This document shows, piece by piece, positions 23,901-39,658 of a DNA stretch of 64,000 nt (position 1 is its first letter; the number at the start of each line of letters is the position of its first letter). Under the pieces are notes generated by a model. The model was not told where the DNA came from. It worked only from the letters and a program-made list of their open reading frames with translations, and ran no database searches. The stretch is from Camelus dromedarius (taxonomy: Eukaryota). The translations under genes were made by a program, and so were the position numbers. The stretch lies in contig NC_087459.1 in the NCBI RefSeq assembly GCF_036321535.1, positions 21,266,001 through 21,330,000 on the forward strand, given 5' to 3'.

Positions 23901-24301
23901 AGGCTGTTGATGAGGGTGGATTTTCCCAGGCCTGACTCTCCTGAAGACAGGACAGAACCAACTGATCAGGTGAGAGGACAGCCAAGGTCTCTTGAGGACC
24001 CCTTGCCAGGCCCCTCTTCCAAACCCCCAGACCTGCCACCATGAGTGTGAAGTCAAACCCCTTCTTGACGGACTTGCGGTGCAGCTGATTGGGGAGGGCG
24101 GCGAAACCCACATACTCCTTGTCCTGTTGGGGGGGGGCGTGATATGAGGCTGCTGAGGGCTGAAGGCAGGGCCCCCAGTGCAACTTGATCTTGGGGTTAG
24201 GAGAAGTCAGCCTACTGTGGCTTGACCTGGGCCTGGCTTCCTTGGGGGGTTGGGCGCTGGAAGCATAGATGCCTGGATTCCTGGGCATAAAGACTCACCA
24301 T
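20947..24301 (-). CDS. SEPTIN1: Septin-1, 367 aa
   Basis: Exons (minus): 24301-24299 (ATG), 24123-24033 ([30 protein letters not shown]), 23940-23854 (P-loop GESGLGKST), 23613-23490 (DTPGFG), 23182-23048, 22954-22837 (GKAD), 22198-22097, 21980-21881, 21636-21471, 21228-21138, 21033-20947. Minus-strand AATAAA at 20655-20650. Confidence 0.97.
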
Positions 24302-25025
24302 GGCCCCGATAGCTGTCGCTGCACCTGCTGTCTCTCTCCACTTCCTCTGGTGGGCAGGAAGCTGAGAGCAGCAAACAAGGGGGCGGGCAATGTAGGAACC
24401 TGAGATGCTCGAACTGGCCCAGAGAGGTGGGAAGAGCCAAGACTAAGAATACCTGGGGTCCTCACTTCCTGGATCCCTTTGCCTATCACCCCTTTAGAAA
24501 GCTTCAACCCCTCTATTCTCTGTATTCCTTTGTTCCAAGCCCGAGTGTAGCCCCATCACCCTGGTGGGAGGGAGGGTATCGGCAGAGAGGAAGGAAGCGG
24601 GTTGGTCTCTCTAGCAAGTGAGATGGAGGCTTTGACAGGGATGGTTTTTAAAAAAAAAAAAAAAGTTTCAAGTGTCTGAGTAGACCAAAAGCCATAACAA
24701 GAATGGAGTGTGGGTGGGAGGGGCTGTCAATTTTCCTCACCAGCTCATGCATTGGATTCTTTAAAGGACTTCAGGTCTTTGGATACCACCACCAGAGAGA
24801 ACTTTCTTCAGGATCCTGGCCAAGGTACTCCCCTGCTCGAAACCCTTCAGAGGCTTCCCGGTGACCTCTGAACAAGTCTGAGTTCTGATCTGGCAGCCTT
24901 CCCCATCTGACCTCATAACCCCATCCTGCACTCACACTTAGTGAGTGCCACATCCTTGGCTCTGCTCACATTGAGCTTTTCCTTCTTCTGCACCAGGTGA
25001 ATTCCTCTTCATCCTTCAAAGATTT

Positions 25026-25042
25026 TTTTTTTTTTTTTGCAT

Positions 25043-25085
<43 letters not shown>

Positions 25086-25140
25086 TATTGAGGTATAGTC
25101 AGTTTACAGTGTAGTGTCAATTTCTGGTGTACAGCACAAT
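25026..25140 (-). mobile_element. Very short 5'-truncated L1 3' end with a (TTTA)n tail and target-site duplication
   Basis: T-run plus about 11 TTTA units, then tatattgaggtatagtcagtttacagtgtagtgtcaatttctggtgtacagc. Flanked by atccttcaa(a/g)gattt at 25011-25025 and 25141-25155. Confidence 0.65.
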
Positions 25141-25859
25141 ATCCTTCAAGGATTTGATTCAAAGGGCTCTTCTTCCTCTTCTATGAAATCTTACCCACCC
25201 ACCCGAGGCAGAGTCATTTTTCCATCCTCTGGACCCCTGGCACCTTTCACAGGCCCTTCCAATGCCCACGTTTGCTTACCAGACTGTGGCTGTCTCTTCT
25301 ACTCCCAGCTGAGCTTTCTGAGGGAAGTGACCATGTCTTCCTAATTTCTGTATCCCCAGTGTCTTGCACAGCACCTGACACAAAGAAGGTGCCAGTAAAT
25401 AATGTACTAGATGAATGAATGCGTGTAAAAATGAGTGAGTGAAGTTAGTCAGGGACAAAGCTGGGAGGCTGCAGAACACATAAAAGAAGGTTTGCTTTGG
25501 AGTCAGAAAGAATTTTCTAAACCACAGCTCTACCGCTTAGTATGTGACCCTGGGCAAGTCATTTGACCTCTCTGAACTCCATTTTCTTCATAGTAAGATG
25601 AAATGCACACATTTCCACTCACTCATCAGGACTCAGAGTGGTTTTGGATGATGTGTGCTTTGGAGTCAATCAGATACATATACCCTGTACCCTGTATACA
25701 TACCTAAGCTTTAGCATTTATTAACTAAGTGACCTCTCTGAGCCTTTAAAGATAGTCTTCTTACTATGGTCTTGCTTGATCTGGATCCCGCCTACTGCTC
25801 CAACCCCATTTCCTTTCTCCACTCCTCCTGGTTCTATTTATTATTTCCCTTTTGGCCCA

Positions 25860-26230
25860 TTATTGACTAAATTGTGNNNNNNNNNNNNNNNNNNNNNNNN
25901 NNNNNNNNNNNNNNNNNNNNNNNNNNNNNNNNNNNNNNNNNNNNNNNNNNNNNNNNNNNNNNNNNNNNNNNNNNNNNNNNNNNNNNNNNNNNNNNNNNNN
26001 NNNNNNNCCTTATAACAAGAGACATCGGCAATCTGTCTCTGTACATGTGAGCACACAGTGAGAAGGCAGCGGTCTGCACCCCGAGGAAAGAGGCCTCACN
26101 NNNNNNNNNNNNNNNNNNNNNNNNNNNNNNNNNNNNNNNNNNNNNNNNNNNNNNNNNNNNNNNNNNNNNNNNNNNNNNNNNNNNNNNNNNNNNNNNNNNN
26201 NNNNNNNNNNNNNNNNNNNNNNNNNNNCTC
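25860..26230 (+). mobile_element. ERVL-MaLR (MLT1/MST-like) LTR fragment, partly hidden by N
   Basis: The visible core cttataacaagagac...catgtgagcacacagtgagaaggcagcggtctgc...gaggcctcac resembles a MaLR LTR. Confidence 0.55.
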
Positions 26231-27279
26231 ATGGCTCACTCCTTTCCCCTCCTCACTTTAAGGCAACCACTCTAATGTGCTTAATGTGTAATTTTTAAAT
26301 TTGCATATATTTTGAAAAATGCATAGTATACAGTACATGTTTACACAAATGGTAATATATATAGAGATGAATATATATTTCTGTTAACTTTTCATTCAGC
26401 ACTATTTTTAAAGACCCATGCATGTTGCCATCCATTTACCTTATCTTTACTTCAACCTCATTTCTAGTACTGCCACCTTCATGTAACCCTGGGAAAATCA
26501 CCTCTCTGGGCCTTACTTTCCTCATCTATCAAATGGAATTGGAAGCTCCTCCCATACTGAATTCACAAAATCTGTGCAAGTTTCATATGATAATACACAT
26601 ATAGTGATTAAGAGCTCTGTGATCCTATTAACTGTGTGAATTTGGGCATCTTACTTTAACCTCTTGTGACTTAGTTTCTTTATCTGTTAAATGGTAGCAT
26701 TAATAATTTTACCTTACAGGGTCATGATGAGGATTATATGCCTGACACACATGCCTTCATACCTGGCGTAGGAGATGAGCTCACATAGACTGCTAGTTAT
26801 TGCTATAACATGAGCTGAGGGGTGTGACTGTGCCACCGGCTCCAACTCAGTGACTGCTCTTCTGGATTAGCTGCTGAGAATCCAGACACAGTGAATCAGT
26901 CACAGTTGTTGCCCTCTGGGGAGACAGAGACAGCCACAAGTAAGTGTGACACACAGCACTGGTGCTAAAAATACAGTGTAATAAGGAGATAAACAGAGTT
27001 CTTTGAAAGGCCAAGGGAGGGATAATTATACCCTTCCCCACTGCACCACAACCCTTCCTCCTGCATTTCTCATCAGGCTGAGCAGCCCTACCGACTTAGT
27101 TAAAACTCTGAACACCCACCTCCCTTGCTCTCCGCAAGTATATCCAATCAGTTTCCAATTCCTTCCTATCAATGAGAAAAATTGGTCCCTTCCTCTCTAC
27201 ACTCTTCACCCTTTTGCCCTTGCACTGGGTTCAGGCTCTAATCAGCTCTTCCCTAAATTATTCAACAACCTTTAAGAAA

Positions 27280-28100
27280 ATAACATGTACACACCTGTCA
27301 GAATGACTATCATCAAAAAGACCANNNNNNNNNNNNNNNNNNNNNNNNNNNNNNNNNNNNNNNNNNNNNNNNNNNNNNNNNNNNNNNNNNNNNNNNNNNN
27401 NNNNNNNNNNNNNNNNNNNNNNNNNNNNNNNNNNNNNNNNNNNNNNNNNNNNNNNNNNNNNNNNNNNNNNNNNNNNNNNNNNNNNNNNNNNNNNAAAATG
27501 AAAACACTAATTTGAAAAGATGCATGCACCCCAANNNNNNNNNNNNNNNNNNNNNNNNNNNNNNNNNNNNNNNNNNNNNNNNNNNNNNNNNNNNNNNNNN
27601 NNNNNNNNNNNNNNNNNNNNNNNNNNNNNNNNNNNNNNNNNNNNNNNNNNNNNNNNNNNNNNNNNNNNNNNNNNNNNNNNNNNNNNNNNNNNNNNNNNNN
27701 NNNNNNNNNNNNNNNNNNNNNNNNNNNNNNNNNNNNNTTAGCGAAATAAGTCAGAGAGAGAAAGACAAACATTGTATATTACCACTTATGTGTGGAATCT
27801 AAAAAATAAAACTAGTGAATATAACAAAAAAGAAACATACTCACAGATACAGAGAACAAACTAGTGGTTACCAGTGGGCAAGGGAAGGGGGAGGCGTAAG
27901 ACGGGTAGGGGATTAGGAGATACAAACTACCAGGTATAAAATAAATAAACTGCAAGGATATATTGTACACCACAGGAAATATAGCCAATATTTTATAACT
28001 ATAAATGGAGCATAATTTTAAAACTTGTGAATCACTATTTGTACACCTGAAACTTACATAATATTGTAAATCAATTATATCTCAATAAAAAATGAAAAAA
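27280..28100 (+). mobile_element. L1 3' end (ORF2 C-terminus and 3'UTR), partly hidden by N
   Basis: acacctgtcagaatgactatcatcaaaaagac...gcgaaataagtcagagagagaaagacaaa...tatgtgtggaatctaaaa...ctcaataaaaaatgaaaaaa. Confidence 0.8.
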
Positions 28101-31100
28101 ACAGGCATATCATTTATTTGCTGTATAACCAACACATAGTCTCATAGAAAAATTAGCAAATGCAAGTGGTTAGAAAAATTTACCTCTCATATTAGTACCA
28201 TGATATAACCTCATTTTGATTTTGTATTCTTCTAAATTTTCTCATATGCCCATACATATGAATAATTATAGTCACAAAACTAGGATCATACTGGAACTTT
28301 AGAAACCTGTTTTTATTCTGTACACCTTTCTATGATCATGAATACACATCTGCATTAACATTTTTAGAGCTGCTTAGTATTTGGGTTGATACCAGTTCTT
28401 CCCTGTGATAAACAGTGCTGAGCTGGGATGAATACGTTTGTGGTGCTATCATTATGCACTTGTCCAACCATTTCCTTGGGCCTCATCTCTATACAGGGAA
28501 TTACTGAATCAAAGGAAGTCACATATTTAAAGCATATGTGCATATTAACAAATACCCTGCAGAATGGGTTCTCGGCTGGTCTTTGGTTTAAGTGTAGGGA
28601 TGACATGAATTAGTAGTAACACAGTATTCCATTTACATGCTTATTAACCCCAACAAATTATGCCCAATTATTCATGTGATAAGGTTTGGGGCCTGTTTAG
28701 AGAAAGGAAGATTCTTGAGTTTCCAGTGGGACAGTGTACGGTGGACAGCAGTTTTCCCATTTAATAATCATCTGGATTAGTTATTTTTCATCTCACCATC
28801 ATATCTTCATAGCTACCTATGCCCTACCAGGCAGTCCTGGGGGGGGCTTCTATATGTTTAGAACTGAGTTCAGGTTCAGACCTAGTAACTCCAGGATTCA
28901 TCTCAAGAGCTAGCTCTACAAGTGAGTATGGCATGTGGGCTGGCCAGTCTTTGGGGGGTTTCCTACAAGAGGGACTGGCTCTTTGCCATTTGGTGCCCTC
29001 TTACCTCTGTTTCCCAGCACTTGTGCCTGGTACACGCTGGACCCATCAGGAAATGTCTGTGGAACAAATGATTAACTTACCATCCTATCTTTAGCTTCCA
29101 CTACTTTGCTATTATGTAAACTCATGACACATTGAAACAGAACTATTCTGTTTTTTCCTCTTTGAGGATAGGTCATAACCATCTTTGGATTCCAAGCTTC
29201 CAGCACACAGCAGGTTTTCCTTGAGTGCATGGGCCACTGTTTATTTCATTCCCTGTCTAGAGTTCTTCATTCAAGGCCCACTTCAGCCAGACTTTGCTGA
29301 AATCTTAGCTGTTCTGAAACAATCAGCTCAAAAATGCCACCTTCTTCCTTGCTTACTTCAGCCCAAAGAGTAATTTCTGCTATTTTTTACTAAGTGCTTT
29401 ACACATATTATCCTCAACCATTCAAATTAGGTATTATCATTTCAGGAAACAGAAGTAACTTCCCTAAGGTTAAACAGTAGCAAATGACAAGGCCAGGAAT
29501 CAAACTCTGCATGAATGACCTTAAAAAGTGTCCACAGCCACTAAACTCTCCAGGTCTCTCTCTTTCTGCACTACATTCCTATCAAATCTTTCTTCATTAG
29601 GTCAGTATAGAATCTGTCACAACATCTGCCCACCTCCTACCCGGCCGAGAGCTCCCTGAGGGGTTTCTTTGTATTTCTAGGTCTTAGACAGTGTCTAAAT
29701 TATTGGTTGGTGATTCATAAGTATGTGTTGATTCATTTGTGGTCCCTGTTTATCAGTGTCTAACATTCATGCATACCAGGTACCTAGAACCATCTAGACT
29801 CATTCCCACAAATTAGGCTTCTTCCTGCTCTCCCACACTATCTTGAATCAGTACATGTAACTCTCTAATGCCCTAACAGTTCTTATTTGTCATGATTTGT
29901 GTACTAGCCCTTTAAACTGGTAGCATCCCAAGGACAACTCTTACATGTGTTTCACCTCTGTATCAAACTCTTGGCATAACACTGAGGCGCTAATAAATGT
30001 GAATTAATACGCAAATCTTTTTACACTTCTCCATCATTAGATGGGCATCAGACACTTCCAGGCACCCCACCTGCTCCCCAAAGGCAAGCTTGCCCAGAGT
30101 ACAGATACTGGGGAATCATGCCCCTGGGACCACTACAACACAGCCCTAGCCAGGGGCCCACCAAGCTGGGAAACAGGGTTTCATGTTTTAGCCTCTTCCT
30201 GGGCTTTGCCTTTGTAGGGCTGTCGACCTGTCCCTAGTCTCCTCAGGGCTTCTTTCTTTGTGTCTCTTTGTCTCTGCCTGTTTCAGTCTTTATTCCACTG
30301 CCTCTGGGCCTGTTTCTCTCCAGGTTCCCTGCCTTTCCTTGCAGTTCCTCCAACTCTGTTTCAGTCACTTTATATCTCTTATCTGTTTCCGCATCTCTTT
30401 GTTTCTGGCAGCCAATCTTCTGCTCCTGTATTTTTGATCGGCTGCAGTCTCACTGTCTCTCCGCTTTTGCAGCCTCTCTCACCCTGGGCTCTTAAAATAC
30501 GACTTTGTGAGGCTCGGGGCCCAGGTCTAATTCCATCAGGCTGCCTCTCCACAGCACGCTGGTGTCTGCCACTAGCTTCTGTTCCTGCCTTGGTCTCCCC
30601 CAGCTTAGCCCCCACCCGCAGCCCCCGGCCTCTCCGACCAGCCCCGCTTTGTTTCCTGTGTCTCGGCGCCCCGCCCCTGCCCCGTCTGGGGTCTCCGCCG
30701 CCCTCTGCCGCCCTTTGTCTGCCTTGGTCTTTCCCCCACCCCTTTCTCTGGGTCCGTCTTTGGATCTCTTTGTCTCTCCGGGCTGGGGTGGTTGGCGCTG
30801 TCGGCCAGCTCCGGGGGTCGGCGCGGGTGGCCCGACACAGCGACAATTAGGAAGCTCTTCGGCCCTCCTCGCTCAGCTCCAACCCAGGAGGCACACGGTT
30901 AAAACCACCGAGTTCGGGCATCTGTCCTCGGCTCAGAGTAACCCTCTCCACGGCACGCGGCGCCCGCCGGACACCGAGCTCCGGAGGACGCAGGCGGCCG
31001 CCACAGGCGTGCAGCTCCTCCAAGGTCCTAGAGCGGCTCGGTGCCGCCCGGCGCTTCCGCTTCCCGTCCCCGCCCCCGGCGGCAGCCCCCGGGACGCCTG

Positions 31101-31440
31101 GGTCCGAGCCCCCTCCCCGTTTGGCGCCGATCCCGCATACTCGAGCCGCCGGCGGCTCGGACACCGGGGCCCCGCCGAGGAGCTCCGGAGGGCGCCAGGG
31201 TGGCGGCGGCGGCGGCGGTTGGAGGGGAAGGAGGCGGCTGAGTGCCGGAAGGAGCAGCAGGTGCAGGGGTGGTGGGCGGCACGGGCGGGGGTCACCGGGA
31301 GCCGCGCCCGCACCTCGGATCTGGACGCTGCCCGGTGCCCCGCACCGGCCGGCAGAGGGCAGCGGCAGGGCGCCGCCGTCCGCACATGGCTGTGTGACCG
31401 TAGAATTGTCTGTCTCCTTGCTCAGAGCGGCGTACCGGCG

Positions 31441-34459
<3,019 letters not shown>

Positions 34460-35449
34460 TGGGGTCTAGGGAGGGTGGAGGCCCAGGAGACCAAAAGGAG
34501 GGTATCTGCTGCTTAAGCAGAGAAGAAAGGGCCTGGGAGGTGGTGGGAGGGAGAAGGAGGGGAAGAAACGGGAGAAAGGAGTGAATAGATAGAGACAGAG
34601 ATTGGAGACAATGACCTTGAAGCTCAGGAAATTGTCCTGGCTGGGCTCAGTCAGGACCTTGCCAGTGTGGTCTATGCCCCCAGATTTAGAACACTGCCTA
34701 CTATACAGAAGACACTCAATAAGTATTTGTTGAATGAATAAACTGGCCTTAGCCTGAGGGCCATTAACTCCTTAAAGAATTCCTGCTGCCTCTTAACCTA
34801 TTAATTGATTCCTCCCAACCTTGCCCCTGGAAGACCAGCACCCTGAACCAGGATTTGTTAGACCTGTTGAGCTGCAACAATGAGAGTTACGAGGTTTGTG
34901 GTGACAGAGCGAGGCAGGGCCATCTTGAGCTCTGAAGCAGGCAGTACCCAGCCTCAGGCCACTAGACACAGTCTTAGGCAGGAAGGGCCACTTGGACAGA
35001 CACCAGACCTATCTGCGCTGGAGAAGCCCAACCCATCCTGACATCTGGACACTGGCAGAATAGAGCAGAGACAGCAGAAGGACATCCACTCTGGATGCTA
35101 AGCCCAGGTCCTCCTGGCAGGCATCAGTAGAGACACACTGGCTTGGAGGGCAGTACTTGAGTGAGGAGAGGCCAGGGAAGCACCAAGACCCTACAGTCAC
35201 ATCTCTGTGTCTCCTTGCCAATAAACTGCTTTTTGTCTGAGGTTTGGACTCGTATGTTTATGGTGAGGGGTGAAAAATGTACCCAAGGGTCACCACAGGC
35301 AAAACCTACAAGCCATGTGTAAACTTGACCTCTGAGCCCGTCAAATAAAGAAGTTGGCTCCTCATAGCTGCTTTCTAGCTCTGATAACTGGTTAAAAAAC
35401 GGCAACCAGGTCTGTCAGCTGATGCCCTAGACCTGAATTCTGCCTGCCC

Positions 35450-36130
35450 ACAGGCGCCACCTACACCACAGCATCAGGCGCGACCCTTAAAAGGAAAAAC
35501 ACAACGGCACGGGGTAAGAGGGGAGGGAGAGAGAGTGTGTGTGTCGGGGGGGGGGGCGGGATTCCTTGAGCGCTGTTGCTACGGCGACAGGTGGGGGGGA
35601 AATGTGGCGGGCCTGTCTGATGCTCTGCCTTCTGGGAACCCCACCACCCTGCGACCCTTTTTTATTTGTCAAGAAGCAGGTCATTTAGCTGCAGAGCCCA
35701 AAAGGAGGGCAAAGGGGAAGGCCTCTTTATCCCCTGGAAAAGGCAACGTATTTCCCAGCCACCCATGCATCATTAGGTGCAGGACTCCAATTCCTAGCTT
35801 TTTCCGAGGAGGGCGCCAATAGGGAGGAAGAAGGAACTGACCTGATTGGCTAGGGACAAAAAAAAAGACTAGGGCGGTTCACCCACCTAAGAAACGAAGT
35901 CTATGACTGCCCTGCAACTTCGCCGCCTAGGCGTCTCAGCTAATTTGCGTGCAGGAATGAGCCTGGGTAGAACCTCTCGCGAGATCTTAACCATCGCCCG
36001 GGCTTCCCTAGAAACCAATGAAAGCTTGCTGCTGCACGGCTCCTCCCAGTCCTTCCACCCCTGCCAAGTTGTCACATACGCTCCGTAACCCAAGAATTTT
36101 GAGTTCTGTTCTGGGGTTCTTCGCGGCTTC
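35450..36130. promoter_or_regulatory. Orphan promoter-like CpG-rich element
   Basis: X-box-like GTTGCTACGGCGAC 35575-35588; CCAAT 35816 and 36015; ATTGG 35845; palindrome TCTCGCGAGA 35975-35984; CTCF-like core near 35452-35467. Confidence 0.55.
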
Positions 36131-37439
36131 CGTCCTTCAGTGCACACACACCCATAGATCTGAATGGAGGCCTCTTGGGGCTTTAGGAAGATAATGCTGG
36201 TTTCTGTGTCTCCCCTCCCTACCAGGTTGGCCTCCAAGCTAGTCTGCAATGAACTCTGTAAAATTGTATCTGACCATGTCACTCCCCTAATTAAAAACCC
36301 TGCTGTATCTCTGCATGTCCTCTAATAAAACTTACCTCCTAAGCTGGCATTCAAGGCCTTCCACTATGTGATTTCAGCCCTGGGCTTCTTAAATGTTCTG
36401 TTTACTTAACTTGGAATGCTGCCGACCCCGCCCTTGTTAACCTAACCAAACACCTCAAGCATTATTTCCTCCCGGAAGCCTTCCCTAAACCTCCCCACTG
36501 GACCCCCTTCATCTGAGCACTTAACATACCGAGAGCGTCTTTAGGATAGAGACTCAACAGCATTACTTACTGTGTTCTGGGTAGTGAGCATAGAAGGATG
36601 AGTAAGACGAAGTTTCTGCCATCAGTTTCCAAGCAGAAGATAGACAATGAACAACTATTTTCAAGTGTAAAGACTATGCAGAAAGCATGCATGCATGCAG
36701 GAGAGAATCCTCTGACCCTACATGGTCCAGTGCCTCTCCAAAGAAGTGGTAATTATGACATAAAGACTGATTTGGATTAAGCTAAGAAAGGAGGAGGTGG
36801 GAGATGGGATGGGGGGGTGGCGTGTTCTAGGCAGAATAAAGAGTGCGCACCAAGTCCTTGAGGATTCAAGAACTTAAGTAAACTTCTAGTGAGGCTGAAG
36901 ACACACGGTGAAATGCAGAGTAGTGAAGAGTAAGATAAAGACTTTCCCAAATTCAACTTTCTACTTCCCAGTCCTAAAACGGGCCTGGCACACAATAGGC
37001 CTCACTAAATACTTTTTGTTTCCTTGGATGTGCTCTTCACAAGAGTTCACGGTTCTACAAGCTGCTCTTTGTCCATCTGGAAGACTCCTACTTATCTTTG
37101 AAGGTCCTTTACATTTATCTCTTCGGTGAGGCCTGCACCCAATATCTACTCCCTTCCACCCCGCTATTCTCCTGCCACAACACCTACTGTTTCCTTTTCA
37201 TATGGATGTGACATACAAATATATATATATATATTTTTAATCACAATCTTCTTTACTAGACTGTGAGATTCTCAAAAACAGGAACTAGTTCTGATTTCAG
37301 AGAGATACTCGTACCTATTCCCCCTGCAAGCATCTGTTCCAAAGTCCTCCCACAGTAGGAGGACCTTCCAGTAGGGACTTTCACTGCTCTCAGCTGAGTC
37401 TCCTCACTGAGTCTCTGAATCAGGGGAAGCAGGCCTTGC

Positions 37440-37925
37440 CTTTTGCTATGGTTCCAGCCACAACCTGGCATCTGCCTGCCTCTCCTCCAATTCCCACACT
37501 ACATTTCCCCTCGATAACTCACTTGGCTCCAGCCACACAAGTCTTTCTATTCTTCGAACATGCCAAGCTTAATCTCACCTTAAAGTCTCTGTAGTTCTGT
37601 CTAGAACATTCTCCTCCATATTTTCAAATGGCTAACACTTTCTCATCATTCAAGTTTCATGTCACATATTGTTTCCTAAGAGATGCTGTCCCTGCCCACA
37701 TTAAAGAAGCCCCCAACCACTCCCTATTGCATCATCTGGCCCTATTTCTTTCTTACACCTATTATTATCTGAAATTATCTTGTTTACCTGTTGACATTTT
37801 TTACACCCTGAGAAATGCCATAGTAGCCAAGATTTTTGTCTGTTTTGTTCACTGCATCTTCAATATTTAGAATGGTACCAGGCACATAGTTGGGCTCAAT
37901 AAATACCTGATGAAGAATGAACACA
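37440..37925 (+). mobile_element. L2 3' end remnant
   Basis: Terminus ggcacatagttgggctcaataaatacctgatgaagaatgaa. Confidence 0.6.
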
Positions 37926-38799
37926 ATCAAAGTGATTTTGGGGATCTTGAGTGTATCACACTCACTTACCCCCTGTTCCCAGCTCTGCGGAAGAGCAGAA
38001 GTTTGACCAGAAATAATCTCAACATCCAAATCGTGCCCTGGGCTCTGCAGACTGAGGCTCAGGCTTTGGGTCTTGGCTCCGCTACCAATTTGCTCATGTA
38101 ACCTCATTTCTGAGAGATAATTTGGTGCAAGAGCATGAGCTTTGGAATTTGCTACATACAAGCTATGTGACTTTGAGCAAACTACTTCAAGTTCTCTAAG
38201 CTTTTAGTTCCCTTATTTGTCAAAGAAAGATAATATTGATCCCCACAGGGCTGTTGTAAAGAGACAATTACGGATTGTAAGCACTTACTGAGTATTCTTT
38301 TTTCTTTCATCACGTCGTAATCTTGGTTGCCCCATTCATAAAATGGGAGACTTAGATATCTTTTTCAAGAGAAGTGAGAAAATACAGAACTTTATATGAA
38401 ATATCCCAATTTTTCAATGTTGAAATCAAAATTAGTAAAAGACCTTTTTTTTTTCTTCTTGAAGTTAGTTTTTATAAGTAAAAATACCCTGAGGGCCAAA
38501 CAAGATACTTCCGTGGACTGGATTTGGTCCGTGGGTTATAATTTTACACCTACACCTACTGTGTAGTTTAGGCAAATCAATTTACTCCCCTGAACGTCAA
38601 TCAGTTCATCTGTGAAATACATTCACATTTATGCGGATCAAGAGATCAGGTGTGTAAAACGCTTAGCATAACGCTTAGCATAGGAGGCTATACACAATAC
38701 ATGCCAGCGGTAGCTTGGATGGCTGTTGATATGGTAAGTAGGTATTCAAAGAGCAAGGTATCCCAGAGACCAGGAGACCGGGAAGACGACGCCGGGAAA

Positions 38800-39400
38800 G
38801 GAGAAAAGATGTGAGAAGAGGCAAAAAGAGCGAAGGGAAGAGGTGAGGAGGCAACAGGGTCCGCCCTCCAGGCGGGGCGCCAGCGAGAGGCCCAGGCTGG
38901 GGCGTGAGCGCACGTGGCCTATTTCGGGCGGAGCGGACACGCTTGGCCGCAGCGGAGACCTTCGAGCCGTCCACAGGAGACGAGGCCTGAAGGTAGGTCA
39001 CAACCGGGCTATAAGAACCTTGAACGCCCACTGGGGCAGCCCAGGGCCCTCGGGAGTCGGGGAACAGCGGAAGCCTTTGGGTCTGGTCTCGCCACACTCC
39101 CGGGCCGGTTAGGGCCGGACGCCTGGGTCCTCTAAGACCCTCCCCTCGGGGGCGGGGTTAGGTGTTCGGACCAATGACCGATCGTCACCGAGGCCCCGCC
39201 CCGCCCCGCCCCCAGACTCGCGGCCTCGGAGAGTGCCCAACCGCCCGGCGCCCTGGCCTGGGGCAGCGCGAGCGCGGAACCTGCGGCTGGTGAGTGCGCA
39301 CTCCACCAGGGTCTCCGCCCCGATCCCGCCTCCAGCCCGTGCCCTGGAGCTCCGGGCCGCCCGACCAGGCTCCGGGGAGTGACTCAGCGCGGGGAGGGTG
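38800..39400 (+). promoter_or_regulatory. ZNF771 CpG-island promoter and non-coding exon 1
   Basis: Tandem GC boxes (ccccgccccgccccgccccc near 39194) and a donor CTG|GTGAGT at 39289/39290. Confidence 0.7.
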
Positions 39401-39658
39401 GCGACTCATTGGGGCTGGAGATTCGAACTGTTTCAGGGCCTTGAATGCCGGGATGAGTGGGGTGAACGAGTGACTTCCAAGCTGGTCCCGGGGCAAGGAT
39501 GGGGCCTAGGGCCGGGCTGGGATAGCGGTAAGAGGATCAGACCCAGAGACCTGGTCTAGTTGGGAGAAGGAGAAGCCACGGCTGCACCGCCTTGTGTGGG
39601 CCAGGGCCATGGTGGGGGGCGGGTCTTCTGACCCGGCTCCTTGCCCCAGGACACCAAG

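Noticed and set aside
25776-27802. ORF-track entries dominated by X
   Set aside because: Artefacts of N-runs inside LTR and L1 remnants.
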